Shown here in pieces: positions 36,958-45,649 of a stretch of DNA of 64,000 nt. Under the pieces are notes generated by a model, which worked only from the letters and a program-made list of their open reading frames with translations, was not told where the DNA came from and made no database searches. The DNA lies in contig SUUX01000001.1 in NCBI GenBank assembly GCA_015062305.1, positions 154,808 through 218,807 of the forward strand, read 5' to 3'. How positions within the stretch are numbered: the first letter of the stretch is position 1; each line of letters opens with the position of its first letter. The translations under genes and the position numbers were made by a program. The DNA is from Alphaproteobacteria bacterium. GTDB lineage: Bacteria; Pseudomonadota; Alphaproteobacteria; RF32; CAG-239.

Positions 36958-37031
36958 TGCCTCATCGTCTAATGGTAGGACAGCAGATTCTGACTCTGTT
37001 AATCGTGGTTCGAATCCATGTGAGGCAGCCA
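36958..37031 (+). tRNA. tRNA-Gln (anticodon CTG), CCA encoded
   Basis: Acceptor TGCCTCA/TGAGGCA, anticodon loop TT-CTG-AC, and T arm GTGGT-TCGAATC-CATG. Confidence 0.85.
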
Positions 37032-37032
37032 A

Positions 37033-37355
37033 TAAAAAAACACCCGATTGGGTGTTTTTTTATGCTGAGAACATGAGATGAGAACCACGATTTGGTTCGG
37101 ATTCGAGCAAACGATTTATTTGTTTGCGAGAACGTGTCAACCCTATAGGGTGCGTAGTGCGAAGCGCTCGCACAATCCATGTGAGGCAGCCAATAAAAAA
37201 ACACCCGATTGGGTGTTTTTTTTATGCTGAGAACATGAGATGAGAACCACGATTTGGTTCGGATTCGAGCAAACGATTTATTTGTTTGCGAGAACGTATC
37301 AACCCGATAGGGTGCGTAGTGCGAAGCGCTCGCACAATCCATGTGAGGCAGCCAA
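37033..37355 (+). repeat. Two tandem 161/162-bp units, each ending in a copy of the last 20 nt of tRNA-Gln
   Basis: AATCCATGTGAGGCAGCCAA occurs at 37013-37032 (in the tRNA), 37174-37193 and 37336-37355. Each unit starts with the terminator hairpin AAAAAAACACCCGATTGGGTGTTTTTTT. The units differ by a few substitutions and one T. Confidence 0.9.
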
Positions 37356-37429
37356 TTTGAACAGGCTTGTGATTTTAGGCCGCAAGCCTTTGTTTTTACT
37401 TGATTTTCAAGAAAATATCCTACGTTATC

Positions 37430-38128
37430 TTACTTAAACACCGCGGATACCATTTTTTCTAGGGTTTTACCTTCAGACTTGCCGTCATAAATCACTTTGC
37501 CTTGGTCTAAAATATAGGCCCAATCGGTAAGCGGAAGCAAAGTTTTCAAGTTATGTTCTACAATCACAAAAGCAGTTCCCAGACCATCTTTTATTTCTTT
37601 GATTTTATGGAATGTATCGTTAATTAGCTTTGGTGACAAACCGATTGACGGCTCATCCATAAACACCATTTTGGGCTTGTTTAAAAGACCTCTGGCTAAA
37701 GCAACCATTTGCTGTTGTCCTCCAGATAGATTACCCGCTAAATCGTCCAAACGTTCTCTCAAATCAGGAAAATGTGCCAAAACTTCTTCCAATCGTTCGG
37801 GGAATATTGTCCTATCTTTCCAAAAGTGAGTTGCAAGCTCAAGGTTTTCCATAACTGTCATTTTACGAAAGACTCTTTTTCCTTGCGGAACCATAAATAT
37901 TCCAGCTTCCACCAACTTTTGCGGTGTCGGGACAATCTTTTTATCATCAAGCAAAATATCTCCTGATGAGGTTTTTATCAAACCATAGGCTGTTTTTAAC
38001 AATGTCGATTTTCCGGCACCATTAGGCCCCATAACAACGGTAATAGTGTTGTCATTAAGCTTAACAGAAACATCGCTAAGCACCATTTTTTTACCATATC
38101 CGGCAGTTATATTTTTTAGTTCTAGCAT
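37430..38128 (-). CDS. livF: LivF-type branched-chain amino acid ABC ATP-binding protein
   Basis: GYGKK start, Walker A (GPNGAGKST), VPQGKRVF..MTV.ENL, and signature LSGGQQQM. Confidence 0.85.
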   Translation of the reverse strand: MLELKNITAGYGKKMVLSDVSVKLNDNTITVVMGPNGAGKSTLLKTAYGLIKTSSGDILLDDKKIVPTPQKLVEAGIFMVPQGKRVFRKMTVMENLELATHFWKDRTIFPERLEEVLAHFPDLRERLDDLAGNLSGGQQQMVALARGLLNKPKMVFMDEPSIGLSPKLINDTFHKIKEIKDGLGTAFVIVEHNLKTLLPLTDWAYILDQGKVIYDGKSEGKTLEKMVSAVFK

Positions 38129-38130
38129 TT

Positions 38131-39153
38131 TTACTCCACTACTTCTACAATTGGCAAATATCTTATTGAACGACCATCTAAGGTCAATTTTCCAAAAATA
38201 CTTTTGTTGTTCTCTATTGTTTCATTTATATCTTTATCTTTGTTTGATAAAATATCTAATATCAACGCCAGCTGAGCATAAGAAGTGGCTGACATTTGTT
38301 CCAACTTTTTGCTATATTTTTGATAAAACGCTTTTTTAAATACTTCATCATTACTTCCGACATTTAAACAAAAACGTCCTTTATATAATTCCGGATTAGA
38401 CGATATAAAAAATGCGTATTGTGAAGTTATTTTAGCATTAGGGCTAATTTCTAACAATTGTTTAGTCAGAATATCAATCTCAGGTGGCCAAGTTTCTATA
38501 AAATAAATATCAGGATTAGCCTGAGCTGCTTTATGCAACAAAATGCGATAATCTGTCGACCCGAGATTAAACTTTTCATTAAAAACAACTTGCATTCCGT
38601 AATTTTCAGCCAATTTATTTACATTTTCTTCAACCAAATTGCCATACATTTCATTAGCTGTGAGCAAGGCAATCTTACGATACCCCATGTCCTGCATATG
38701 TTTTAGTAATACAGCCGTTTCATCTTGTGCCGCCGGAGCCATGGTATAATTATAGTCTTTTTCGGTAAAACGGTTATCACTGGACATTCCTAAATGAATT
38801 ATTTTAGCATTTTGAGCTGCATCAGCTGCAATAGCAGCGGTTTGAGATGTTCCGGTCAGTAAAACATCAACTTTATCAACATCAATCAATTTTTTAACTC
38901 CGACAGCGGCCTTGGCTGAAGATTGTTGATCATCAAAATACACCAATTCATAGTCGATATCTGGGTTCAAATACTCTCTAACAAACCCATATCCTTCTTG
39001 CATTTGTTTGCCCATATATGAGTTAGCACCTGTCAAAGGCAAAACCACTCCAATCTTGACCACTGGTTTGGTGTTTTCTTTGGGAGTTTCTGCTTTGTCA
39101 CCGCAGGCCACCAAGCTCAATGCAATCACCAAACCCAATAAAACCTTTTTCAT
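38131..39153 (-). CDS. Type I periplasmic solute-binding lipoprotein (LivJ/K class), paralog 3
   Basis: Lipobox LVACG, then KPVVKIGVVLPLTG. 340 aa. Confidence 0.75.
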   Translation of the reverse strand: MKKVLLGLVIALSLVACGDKAETPKENTKPVVKIGVVLPLTGANSYMGKQMQEGYGFVREYLNPDIDYELVYFDDQQSSAKAAVGVKKLIDVDKVDVLLTGTSQTAAIAADAAQNAKIIHLGMSSDNRFTEKDYNYTMAPAAQDETAVLLKHMQDMGYRKIALLTANEMYGNLVEENVNKLAENYGMQVVFNEKFNLGSTDYRILLHKAAQANPDIYFIETWPPEIDILTKQLLEISPNAKITSQYAFFISSNPELYKGRFCLNVGSNDEVFKKAFYQKYSKKLEQMSATSYAQLALILDILSNKDKDINETIENNKSIFGKLTLDGRSIRYLPIVEVVE

Positions 39154-39317
39154 TTCTTAGTTCCCTTCATTTTATTCTTCCCTTAATTTTAAGGGAAGAT
39201 AAGATTTTTTGCAACTTAAGTTGCTTAAAAATCTAGATGAGTTTAAACAGACTTCTCTTCATATCTTATTAAACTCACCCTAACCCTCTCTTAAAATTAA
39301 GAGAGGGAATTTGCTTT
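39154..39317. repeat. Structured intergenic repeat, copy A (four palindromic hairpins)
   Basis: Nearly identical to 40407-40569 (three small differences). Contains TTCCCTTAA-TT-TTAAGGGAA, GCAACTTAAGTTGC, GAGTTTAA...TTAAACTC and CCCTCTCTTAA..TTAAGAGAGGG. Confidence 0.9.
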
Positions 39318-40406
39318 TTATTCCTCTACCACAACCGGCTGTCCGTTGATGATTTGCTTAATTATTGGTTTAACTTCGAGTAAGCGTTCAGCCGACCATT
39401 TGATGCTACCTACTACACTTTTTTCTTTATGTATATTCATTAAGCCTGATGCAATTTGTTGTTTTGATGGTTTTTCATTATATTGTTCTATAACATCAAT
39501 CAGCAAGTCTAGAGAGGCATAAGCAAAAAATGCTTGGGTAATTATCAGTTCTTTTTTGAATTTTTGCTTATATTTTTCAGACATTTCTTCATTTATCAGA
39601 CTATCAGAAACATACCAACTTCCTTCAAACATCTCTTTGTTTGTTGAATAATCCAATGTGTCCATTCCAGTAATGGGAGTCGAAATGTTTTGCCTAATTA
39701 ATGCTGTTTTCCATCTGTCTAGGCTAGGTGGAAACAGTGTAGTAACATAAATTTCCGGATTTTTTTCTTTCATTTTTGCTACAAGTAATGAGAAATCGAC
39801 ATTATCTAAATTTACTAATTCCTCATCAATAATATTTATTCCATATTTTGTGGCATAATTTTTAAATTCATTTATAGAAAGAATAGATCCTTTATGGTTG
39901 TTGATTATAGTTGACACATTTTTAATGTTTCTTCTTTTTAATTCTTGTGCCAAAACTTCGGCATGCTGTTCCGGAGTTGGGACATAATTAAAGAAGAAAT
40001 CATTATTTTTAGGCAAATTTTTATCCCACAAATTAGAAAAGACTATCGTATTTTTTCCTCGTGCGATGTCAGCAATGGCCTCTTCTCCGCCGGCAGAGGA
40101 TGTAAAAACAACATCAACATTGTCAATATTTATCAGCTTTTGTGCTGCAATAATTTCTTTTTTTATATTGAACTGATCATCTTCAAAAATAATCTCATAT
40201 TTGAATTTTGAATTTTCAGTCACTTCATCTAAACGCATTAAAAAAAGATTTTTATAAGACTCTCCCATCACGGTATTATTACCACTCAAAGGCAAAACCA
40301 CTCCTATCTTGACCACTGGTTTGGTGTTTTCTTTGGGTGTTTCTGCTTTGTCACCGCAAGCGGTTAAGGCCAAAACAAGTAACAAACCCAATAAAACCTT
40401 TTTCAT
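39318..40406 (-). CDS. Type I periplasmic solute-binding lipoprotein (LivJ/K class), paralog 2
   Basis: Lipobox LTACG. The first ~42 aa are almost identical to paralog 3, and the C-terminus INGQPVVVEE is shared with paralog 1. Confidence 0.75.
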   Translation of the reverse strand: MKKVLLGLLLVLALTACGDKAETPKENTKPVVKIGVVLPLSGNNTVMGESYKNLFLMRLDEVTENSKFKYEIIFEDDQFNIKKEIIAAQKLINIDNVDVVFTSSAGGEEAIADIARGKNTIVFSNLWDKNLPKNNDFFFNYVPTPEQHAEVLAQELKRRNIKNVSTIINNHKGSILSINEFKNYATKYGINIIDEELVNLDNVDFSLLVAKMKEKNPEIYVTTLFPPSLDRWKTALIRQNISTPITGMDTLDYSTNKEMFEGSWYVSDSLINEEMSEKYKQKFKKELIITQAFFAYASLDLLIDVIEQYNEKPSKQQIASGLMNIHKEKSVVGSIKWSAERLLEVKPIIKQIINGQPVVVEE

Positions 40407-40569
40407 TTCTTAGTTCCCTTCATTTTATTCTTCCCTTAATTTTAAGGGAAGATAAGATTTTTTGCAACTTCAGTTGCTTAAAAATCTAGATGAGTTTAAA
40501 CAGACTTCACTTCATATCTTATTAAACTCACCCTAACCCTCTCTTAAAATTAAGAGAGGGAATTTATTT
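40407..40569. repeat. Structured intergenic repeat, copy B
   Basis: See copy A. Confidence 0.9.
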
Positions 40570-41652
40570 TTACTCCTCTACCACAACCGGCTGTCCGTTG
40601 ATGATTTTCTTAATTACAGCCCCGGATCCGAAATTTCCGTTTTTGGTTACGGTATATTTTCCCATAGCACCTAGATATTCATTCATGTTGTGTAAATGGC
40701 TAATAACCTCGCTATTTGTGGGTTTTGTTTTATTTTTAGTATATAAAGATTCGTATGTTGTTATAATAAGATTTGCCAGGTCGTGAGCGTATATCAGACC
40801 AAACTCGTTATTAATATTAAGTTGCTGCATAATATCATCTAATATAGCTCTGTCTCCAATAGCTGAATCAATAAAAGGTATATTTTCATAAAGTTCTTTG
40901 TGATTTGAAAATACAAAATATTCGACACCTAACATAGGGGTTGTTACATTTGCTTCCTTAAATTGTTTCATTAAAATATCACTTTCAGGCATTCTGACAA
41001 TCATCAGAATTAAATCATGATTTTGATTTTTAATTTTTTCTATAACACCTCTAAAATCTCTGACACCACTTTGTATTGAATATTTTGTTATATTAGACGA
41101 AGTGTAATTTTTCTCAATTCCTTCTGCATATTTTTCAGCATTAACATAATTAGATACAACCATAGCAATATTTTTGTAGTCGCCTTCATTGAGTTTGCTA
41201 ACTGTTTTTTTTATAAAATTGTCGTTAACAGCATAGAATGTAAAAGCATTTTCGCCATTGGCAATAGATGTATCCGGAACAATAGCAAATAATGAAACAT
41301 CTTGTCCTTTCATTTCTTTAGCTACTGCTTTGGATACATTCACCATTGATAAAATTAATACATCTACATCATCTACATATTTTAATTTTTTTGCAGCAGA
41401 GATACCTTTTATAGGGTTTCCTGCACTATCTTCGGTTATTAGTTTATATTCCAAACTACTATTGTTTTTCTTATTAAATGTATATTGCAATGCGTGCAAG
41501 ATATTATTGTTTAGTTCTGTTGCTTCCCCTGTCAACTGAAAGACAACTCCTATCTTCACCACTGGTTTTTTATTTTCATTCGGCGCTTCAGTTTTTTCTC
41601 CGCAGGCGGTTAAGGCCAAAACAAGTAACAAACCCAGCAAACCCTTTTTCAT
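40570..41652 (-). CDS. Type I periplasmic solute-binding lipoprotein (LivJ/K class), paralog 1
   Basis: Lipobox LTACG, KPVVKIGVVFQLTG, and C-terminal INGQPVVVEE. Confidence 0.75.
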   Translation of the reverse strand: MKKGLLGLLLVLALTACGEKTEAPNENKKPVVKIGVVFQLTGEATELNNNILHALQYTFNKKNNSSLEYKLITEDSAGNPIKGISAAKKLKYVDDVDVLILSMVNVSKAVAKEMKGQDVSLFAIVPDTSIANGENAFTFYAVNDNFIKKTVSKLNEGDYKNIAMVVSNYVNAEKYAEGIEKNYTSSNITKYSIQSGVRDFRGVIEKIKNQNHDLILMIVRMPESDILMKQFKEANVTTPMLGVEYFVFSNHKELYENIPFIDSAIGDRAILDDIMQQLNINNEFGLIYAHDLANLIITTYESLYTKNKTKPTNSEVISHLHNMNEYLGAMGKYTVTKNGNFGSGAVIKKIINGQPVVVEE

Positions 41653-42519
41653 TTACTTATTCTCCTTTTTTTGAAAAATTCCTTTCGGACGGAGTGATAA
41701 AAATGTTATAAATATTACAAAAGCAATCAAATCACGCCATTCTGATGCAAACAGCAAAACTCCTATATTCTCTGCCAAAGCCAAGAAAAGTGCTCCAAAG
41801 AAAGCCCCGCGCAAGTTGGCAAGCCCACCAATAATTGCACCAATCATACCTTTAAACAACAAATTAAAGCCCATTGTCGGCTCCATTCCGGTATCATATC
41901 CGACCAAAACGCCGTCTAACCCAAGAATAAATCCGGTCAAAATCGACACCAACAAGATTATTTGGTTGTTTTTCATACCAATTATATTGGCCAAGGTAGA
42001 GCTATCATTAACCGCTCTGATTTGTTTTCCGGTAAATGTATGATGTAAAAAGTAATTTAAGAAAACAAAGACCACAACATTGGCAATAATGGTTAAAAAC
42101 TGCACTAATGGGATATTTGCAAAGCCTAAATTTACATTGATTGCTCCGTTAATGTTGCCCAAAGTCTGATATTGAGGACCAAAAATCAAGTGAATAACCG
42201 ATTCAAAGATCGTATAAACACCCAAAGATGCCACCATTAATATCATTGATGAAGCGCCATGACTGCGCATTGGGGTATAAATGCAAATCTCTAAAAAGCT
42301 TGAAAACAAAGCGCTCATCAACAGTGCAGCAACCACCACTACCGGCAATGGCGTACCAAGGTTTAGCAACCAATAGGCCGTATAAGCACCCAAAGTGGCT
42401 ATAGCACCGAGAGTCATATTAAAAAATGGAGAAACAGAATACATCAGACGAAAAGCCATGGCAACCAAACCATAGCCAGACCCGACAATCAAAGTATTAA
42501 TTAATAAGTGCAATAACAT
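41653..42519 (-). CDS. livH: LivH-type branched-chain amino acid ABC permease
   Basis: 288-aa polytopic protein with LivH/LivM family pattern (GYGLVAMAFRLMY, GMIGAIIGGLANLRGAFFGA). Confidence 0.8.
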   Translation of the reverse strand: MLLHLLINTLIVGSGYGLVAMAFRLMYSVSPFFNMTLGAIATLGAYTAYWLLNLGTPLPVVVVAALLMSALFSSFLEICIYTPMRSHGASSMILMVASLGVYTIFESVIHLIFGPQYQTLGNINGAINVNLGFANIPLVQFLTIIANVVVFVFLNYFLHHTFTGKQIRAVNDSSTLANIIGMKNNQIILLVSILTGFILGLDGVLVGYDTGMEPTMGFNLLFKGMIGAIIGGLANLRGAFFGALFLALAENIGVLLFASEWRDLIAFVIFITFLSLRPKGIFQKKENK

Positions 42520-42683
42520 TTTGTATAAAAGACCTTCTCATAACAATTTTATTACATTATACAAAAGGTTGTTTTATTTTTCATTAAAAAATATTGTTTG
42601 ATAACAAATTTATAGAAATAAATTTTTGATAACGTATTACCAACACAAAAAAAATACGGCTCTGGTCGGAGCCGTATTTAAGT

Positions 42684-43340
42684 TTAGAATAAGATGTCTT
42701 GTACCACAAGACGGGCAGAACGCGCAGCCTCTTCTCTTCCATCCAGAAGAAAAGTATCATCCGCAATATCCCGCATTTTATCCCACAAGCAAGCAGTGTT
42801 TTGCTCATACTCTTCTATGCGCCTGAGGATATTGGCATCATCTTTGCGAATGACCGACTCTCCACCACACTTGGGACACTTGCGATCTTCTACGGTATGT
42901 GTGCAGTGGCATTTTTTGCAAACACGACGTTTGAAAACTCGTTCAAGGATAACTTCTTTGGGAGTGTTTCTCTTGATGCGAATAACGTAATGCCCCTGCT
43001 TTTGAATGATCTGACGAAGATCATCAAGTTGCGCCTGAGTGCGTGGATAACCGTCGAGGATGATAATTTTTGTCTCACAACCGACAAGAACATCTCGCAC
43101 CAGAGAAATTACAATCTCGTCTGAGACCAAACCTCCGGAATTGACAATCTGTTCAACCTTGCGGCCAATCTCTGATTGAGAAGCTATCGCCGCCCTAAGA
43201 ATGTCGCCGGTAGAGATGTATGTAATCTCTTCAGGTGATGCAATGTTGTGCTTAATAAGCTCTTGCTGCAAATACTCGATAAGAGCACCTTTTCCACAAC
43301 CGGGGCAGCCTGTAACAATAAGAACTGTCTGATTTTCCAT
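42684..43340 (-). CDS. adk: Adenylate kinase family protein with Cys4 lid and atypical P-loop
   Basis: STGDILRAA, ILDGYPRT, lid CKKC...CPKCGG, and RKDD. The P-loop reads GCPGCGKG. Start set to ATG 43340 because the upstream ATG lies inside the predicted -10 box. Confidence 0.75.
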   Translation of the reverse strand: MENQTVLIVTGCPGCGKGALIEYLQQELIKHNIASPEEITYISTGDILRAAIASQSEIGRKVEQIVNSGGLVSDEIVISLVRDVLVGCETKIIILDGYPRTQAQLDDLRQIIQKQGHYVIRIKRNTPKEVILERVFKRRVCKKCHCTHTVEDRKCPKCGGESVIRKDDANILRRIEEYEQNTACLWDKMRDIADDTFLLDGREEAARSARLVVQDILF

Positions 43341-43374
43341 AAAAATAAAATTAATAGTTAGGTTTGTTGACTGC

Positions 43375-43402
43375 ATTTTACAACAAAAACATATTTTGTC
43401 AA
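43375..43402 (-). promoter_or_regulatory. Sigma-70-type promoter of the adk-like gene
   Basis: Minus-strand TTGACA (43397-43402), a 16-nt spacer, and TAAAAT (43375-43380). Confidence 0.5.
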
Positions 43403-43450
43403 GTTTGCAAAAAAAACAGCCCCTGCTAAAAAATAGCGGAGGCTGCGAAA

Positions 43451-44275
43451 CTAACTGTTTTGTAGTTCAAAATCGGCTTTTAGCTTGGCGAGCAATAGTT
43501 TTACATATTTGTCTATTGCGCTACCATCAGAATAATCTGTCGGAGCAATGATATCTACTCTCTTGTCCTGCAACAGCTTTTGTGCTGTGAGCAATTGATG
43601 TGGCTGATTGGGATTGTATACCGCTGCTGTGTAGCCACCAAACTTTTTGAGTGTTGCCATGCTCGGAATATCGGTTATTCCATCTCCGATGTATAGCATT
43701 TGCTTGAAAGGAATAGCTCTATCTTCCGGCTTGGTACGATCGTTTACAGATTTGTCGCCTACATCCAAACACCCTTTGCTTATCCTGAAAAGATATTGGG
43801 TTTTGGTGGTGAAGTTGACAACTTGTCCGGGCCAAACGGCAACACCGTCTTCATACATAAAATTGCAGGCATATGTGCGTTTGAAATGCTTTGATATGGG
43901 CATTCCTTCTACAATTTCTTCCAGACCAGAGGATAGAAGATAGTGTTCAACAGATATGCCAAGCTGAAGAGCATATGAATTGATTCGTTCGAACCACTCG
44001 TTAACACCGGTGTAAAGAGGAATATTTTTGCCGCAATCGACAAGATCTTCTCTACTAATCCATTGGCCTTGGAGACGAGCTTCCTTGAGCATCTGATACA
44101 TATAAGCAAGATTGCTTTCTACCCCTTTGGTTTTTGCAAGAGAATCAGTCTTTTGCCAAAAATTTTGTGGGGAAATTTGAAGTTTTTCCATAAAACCATA
44201 TTCTTGCATATTTCCGGGGGCTAATGTGCCATCAAAATCGTAGCAAATAGCTACATTTAATAATATCTCATTCAT
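43451..44275 (-). CDS. HAD-superfamily hydrolase
   Basis: Motif I (YDFDGTL) and the late GDGITD motif. Confidence 0.75.
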   Translation of the reverse strand: MNEILLNVAICYDFDGTLAPGNMQEYGFMEKLQISPQNFWQKTDSLAKTKGVESNLAYMYQMLKEARLQGQWISREDLVDCGKNIPLYTGVNEWFERINSYALQLGISVEHYLLSSGLEEIVEGMPISKHFKRTYACNFMYEDGVAVWPGQVVNFTTKTQYLFRISKGCLDVGDKSVNDRTKPEDRAIPFKQMLYIGDGITDIPSMATLKKFGGYTAAVYNPNQPHQLLTAQKLLQDKRVDIIAPTDYSDGSAIDKYVKLLLAKLKADFELQNS

Positions 44276-44413
44276 ATAATCTAATTATTTTTAAGCAGTA
44301 GTTTTTCTAATACAAAAAATAACTCCTGTCAAGTTTGGTGATGGTTAAGAGTTTTTTAGGATAAACTGATTAGATTTAGCCGTATGCTAATTTAATTTGT
44401 GAAAAGAATCGAC

Positions 44414-45577
44414 ATGCGTAAAAACATATATCTGTTCAATATCTATCATTTGTTAAGCGGCTTGTGGCTTTTTTCGCCTCTGGCCGTGATATATTTTCAA
44501 GAAGTATGCAATTCTTATACAACTGCTATTTTGGCTTATTCACTAATTAATTTAACCCAAAGCATATCGGAAGTGCCTCTTGGAGTGTTATCTGACAGGA
44601 ATGGACGCAAAACAAATTTGTGCATATCGGCGGTTCTTTTGTGTTTGAACATGATATGTTGGGCGATTGCCGGTGTTGGTGGCGGGGTATGGATGCTGTT
44701 TTTGGGTTCTGTATTGAGAGGAGTCGGGATTTCTTTTATGACAGGAACTGATGCGGCTTTTTTATATGAAACAATGGCAGACCTCCGAAGAAAAAAACTC
44801 TTTGATAAAGTATATGCAAAGGCGATGAGCTATAATCAGCTTGGACTTTTGCTGAGTGCTATTTGTGCTACTGTTGTCACATTTTATCTGCCATTAATCT
44901 GGTTGGCTTGGTTGTCTGTTTTGCCCACAATCGGACTAATTATTTGCACATCATTGTTCAAAGAACCAAAGTCTAATTTTGATGAAAATTTATCACCATG
45001 GGAACAAATGAAAAAGAGCTTTTGGCTTTTGCTAAAAAGAAAAAAATTACGCAGTTATACAGCTATGAGAGTATTAAACTCCGGATTGGTGCTGAGTATT
45101 TATAGGTATGAAATTTTGTACTATGCTCAATTAATTGCCACATACCTAATTACGATTGTACGGATTATTATGCATTTGAGCGGATATATCAGCTTTTTAT
45201 TGGTGCCAATGGTGCGAAGGTTTAATTTTTTGCAATTGTTATTTTTATCATCTTTGGGAGCTGCAATTGTAAGAGGAATTGCTGTTGCGATTAATAACTC
45301 CCTCACCCCTTTTTTATCTGCATTTGCAAATTTGTCTTATGGTGTGGGAGTTACGGCTCAGACAACCCTGTTACAAAAAGAATATAACAAAAGTTTGAGA
45401 GCGACGATGCACTCATTATCTGATTTTTTGTGTGGATTTGCCGTCACAATCATTGGGTATTTGTATGGTTTGATGGCAGATTATACATCACCAAGGGTGG
45501 CCTTGAGTGTGGCTATCGGAGTGCAGGTTATTATTGCTATGCTCTATAAACAGTTGTTCAGAATCTATAAAAAATAA
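44414..45577 (+). CDS. MFS transporter
   Basis: About 12 TM helices with the loop 2-3 motif GVLSDRNGRK. Confidence 0.75.
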   Translation: MRKNIYLFNIYHLLSGLWLFSPLAVIYFQEVCNSYTTAILAYSLINLTQSISEVPLGVLSDRNGRKTNLCISAVLLCLNMICWAIAGVGGGVWMLFLGSVLRGVGISFMTGTDAAFLYETMADLRRKKLFDKVYAKAMSYNQLGLLLSAICATVVTFYLPLIWLAWLSVLPTIGLIICTSLFKEPKSNFDENLSPWEQMKKSFWLLLKRKKLRSYTAMRVLNSGLVLSIYRYEILYYAQLIATYLITIVRIIMHLSGYISFLLVPMVRRFNFLQLLFLSSLGAAIVRGIAVAINNSLTPFLSAFANLSYGVGVTAQTTLLQKEYNKSLRATMHSLSDFLCGFAVTIIGYLYGLMADYTSPRVALSVAIGVQVIIAMLYKQLFRIYKK

Positions 45578-45649
45578 ATGATAATCTTGACTTAACAAAA
45601 GTTTCTTTGCAAAATACAAAAAAAACATAAATTTCTGAAGGAGTAGAAA

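Noticed and set aside
36962-37342. 126-aa minus-strand ORF with an internally duplicated sequence (MDCASASHYAPYRVDTFSQTNKSFARIRTKSWFSSHVLSIKK twice)
   Set aside because: It runs antisense through tRNA-Gln and the tandem 161/162-bp repeat. The protein duplication just mirrors the DNA repeat, and there is no Shine-Dalgarno. Treated as an artefact.
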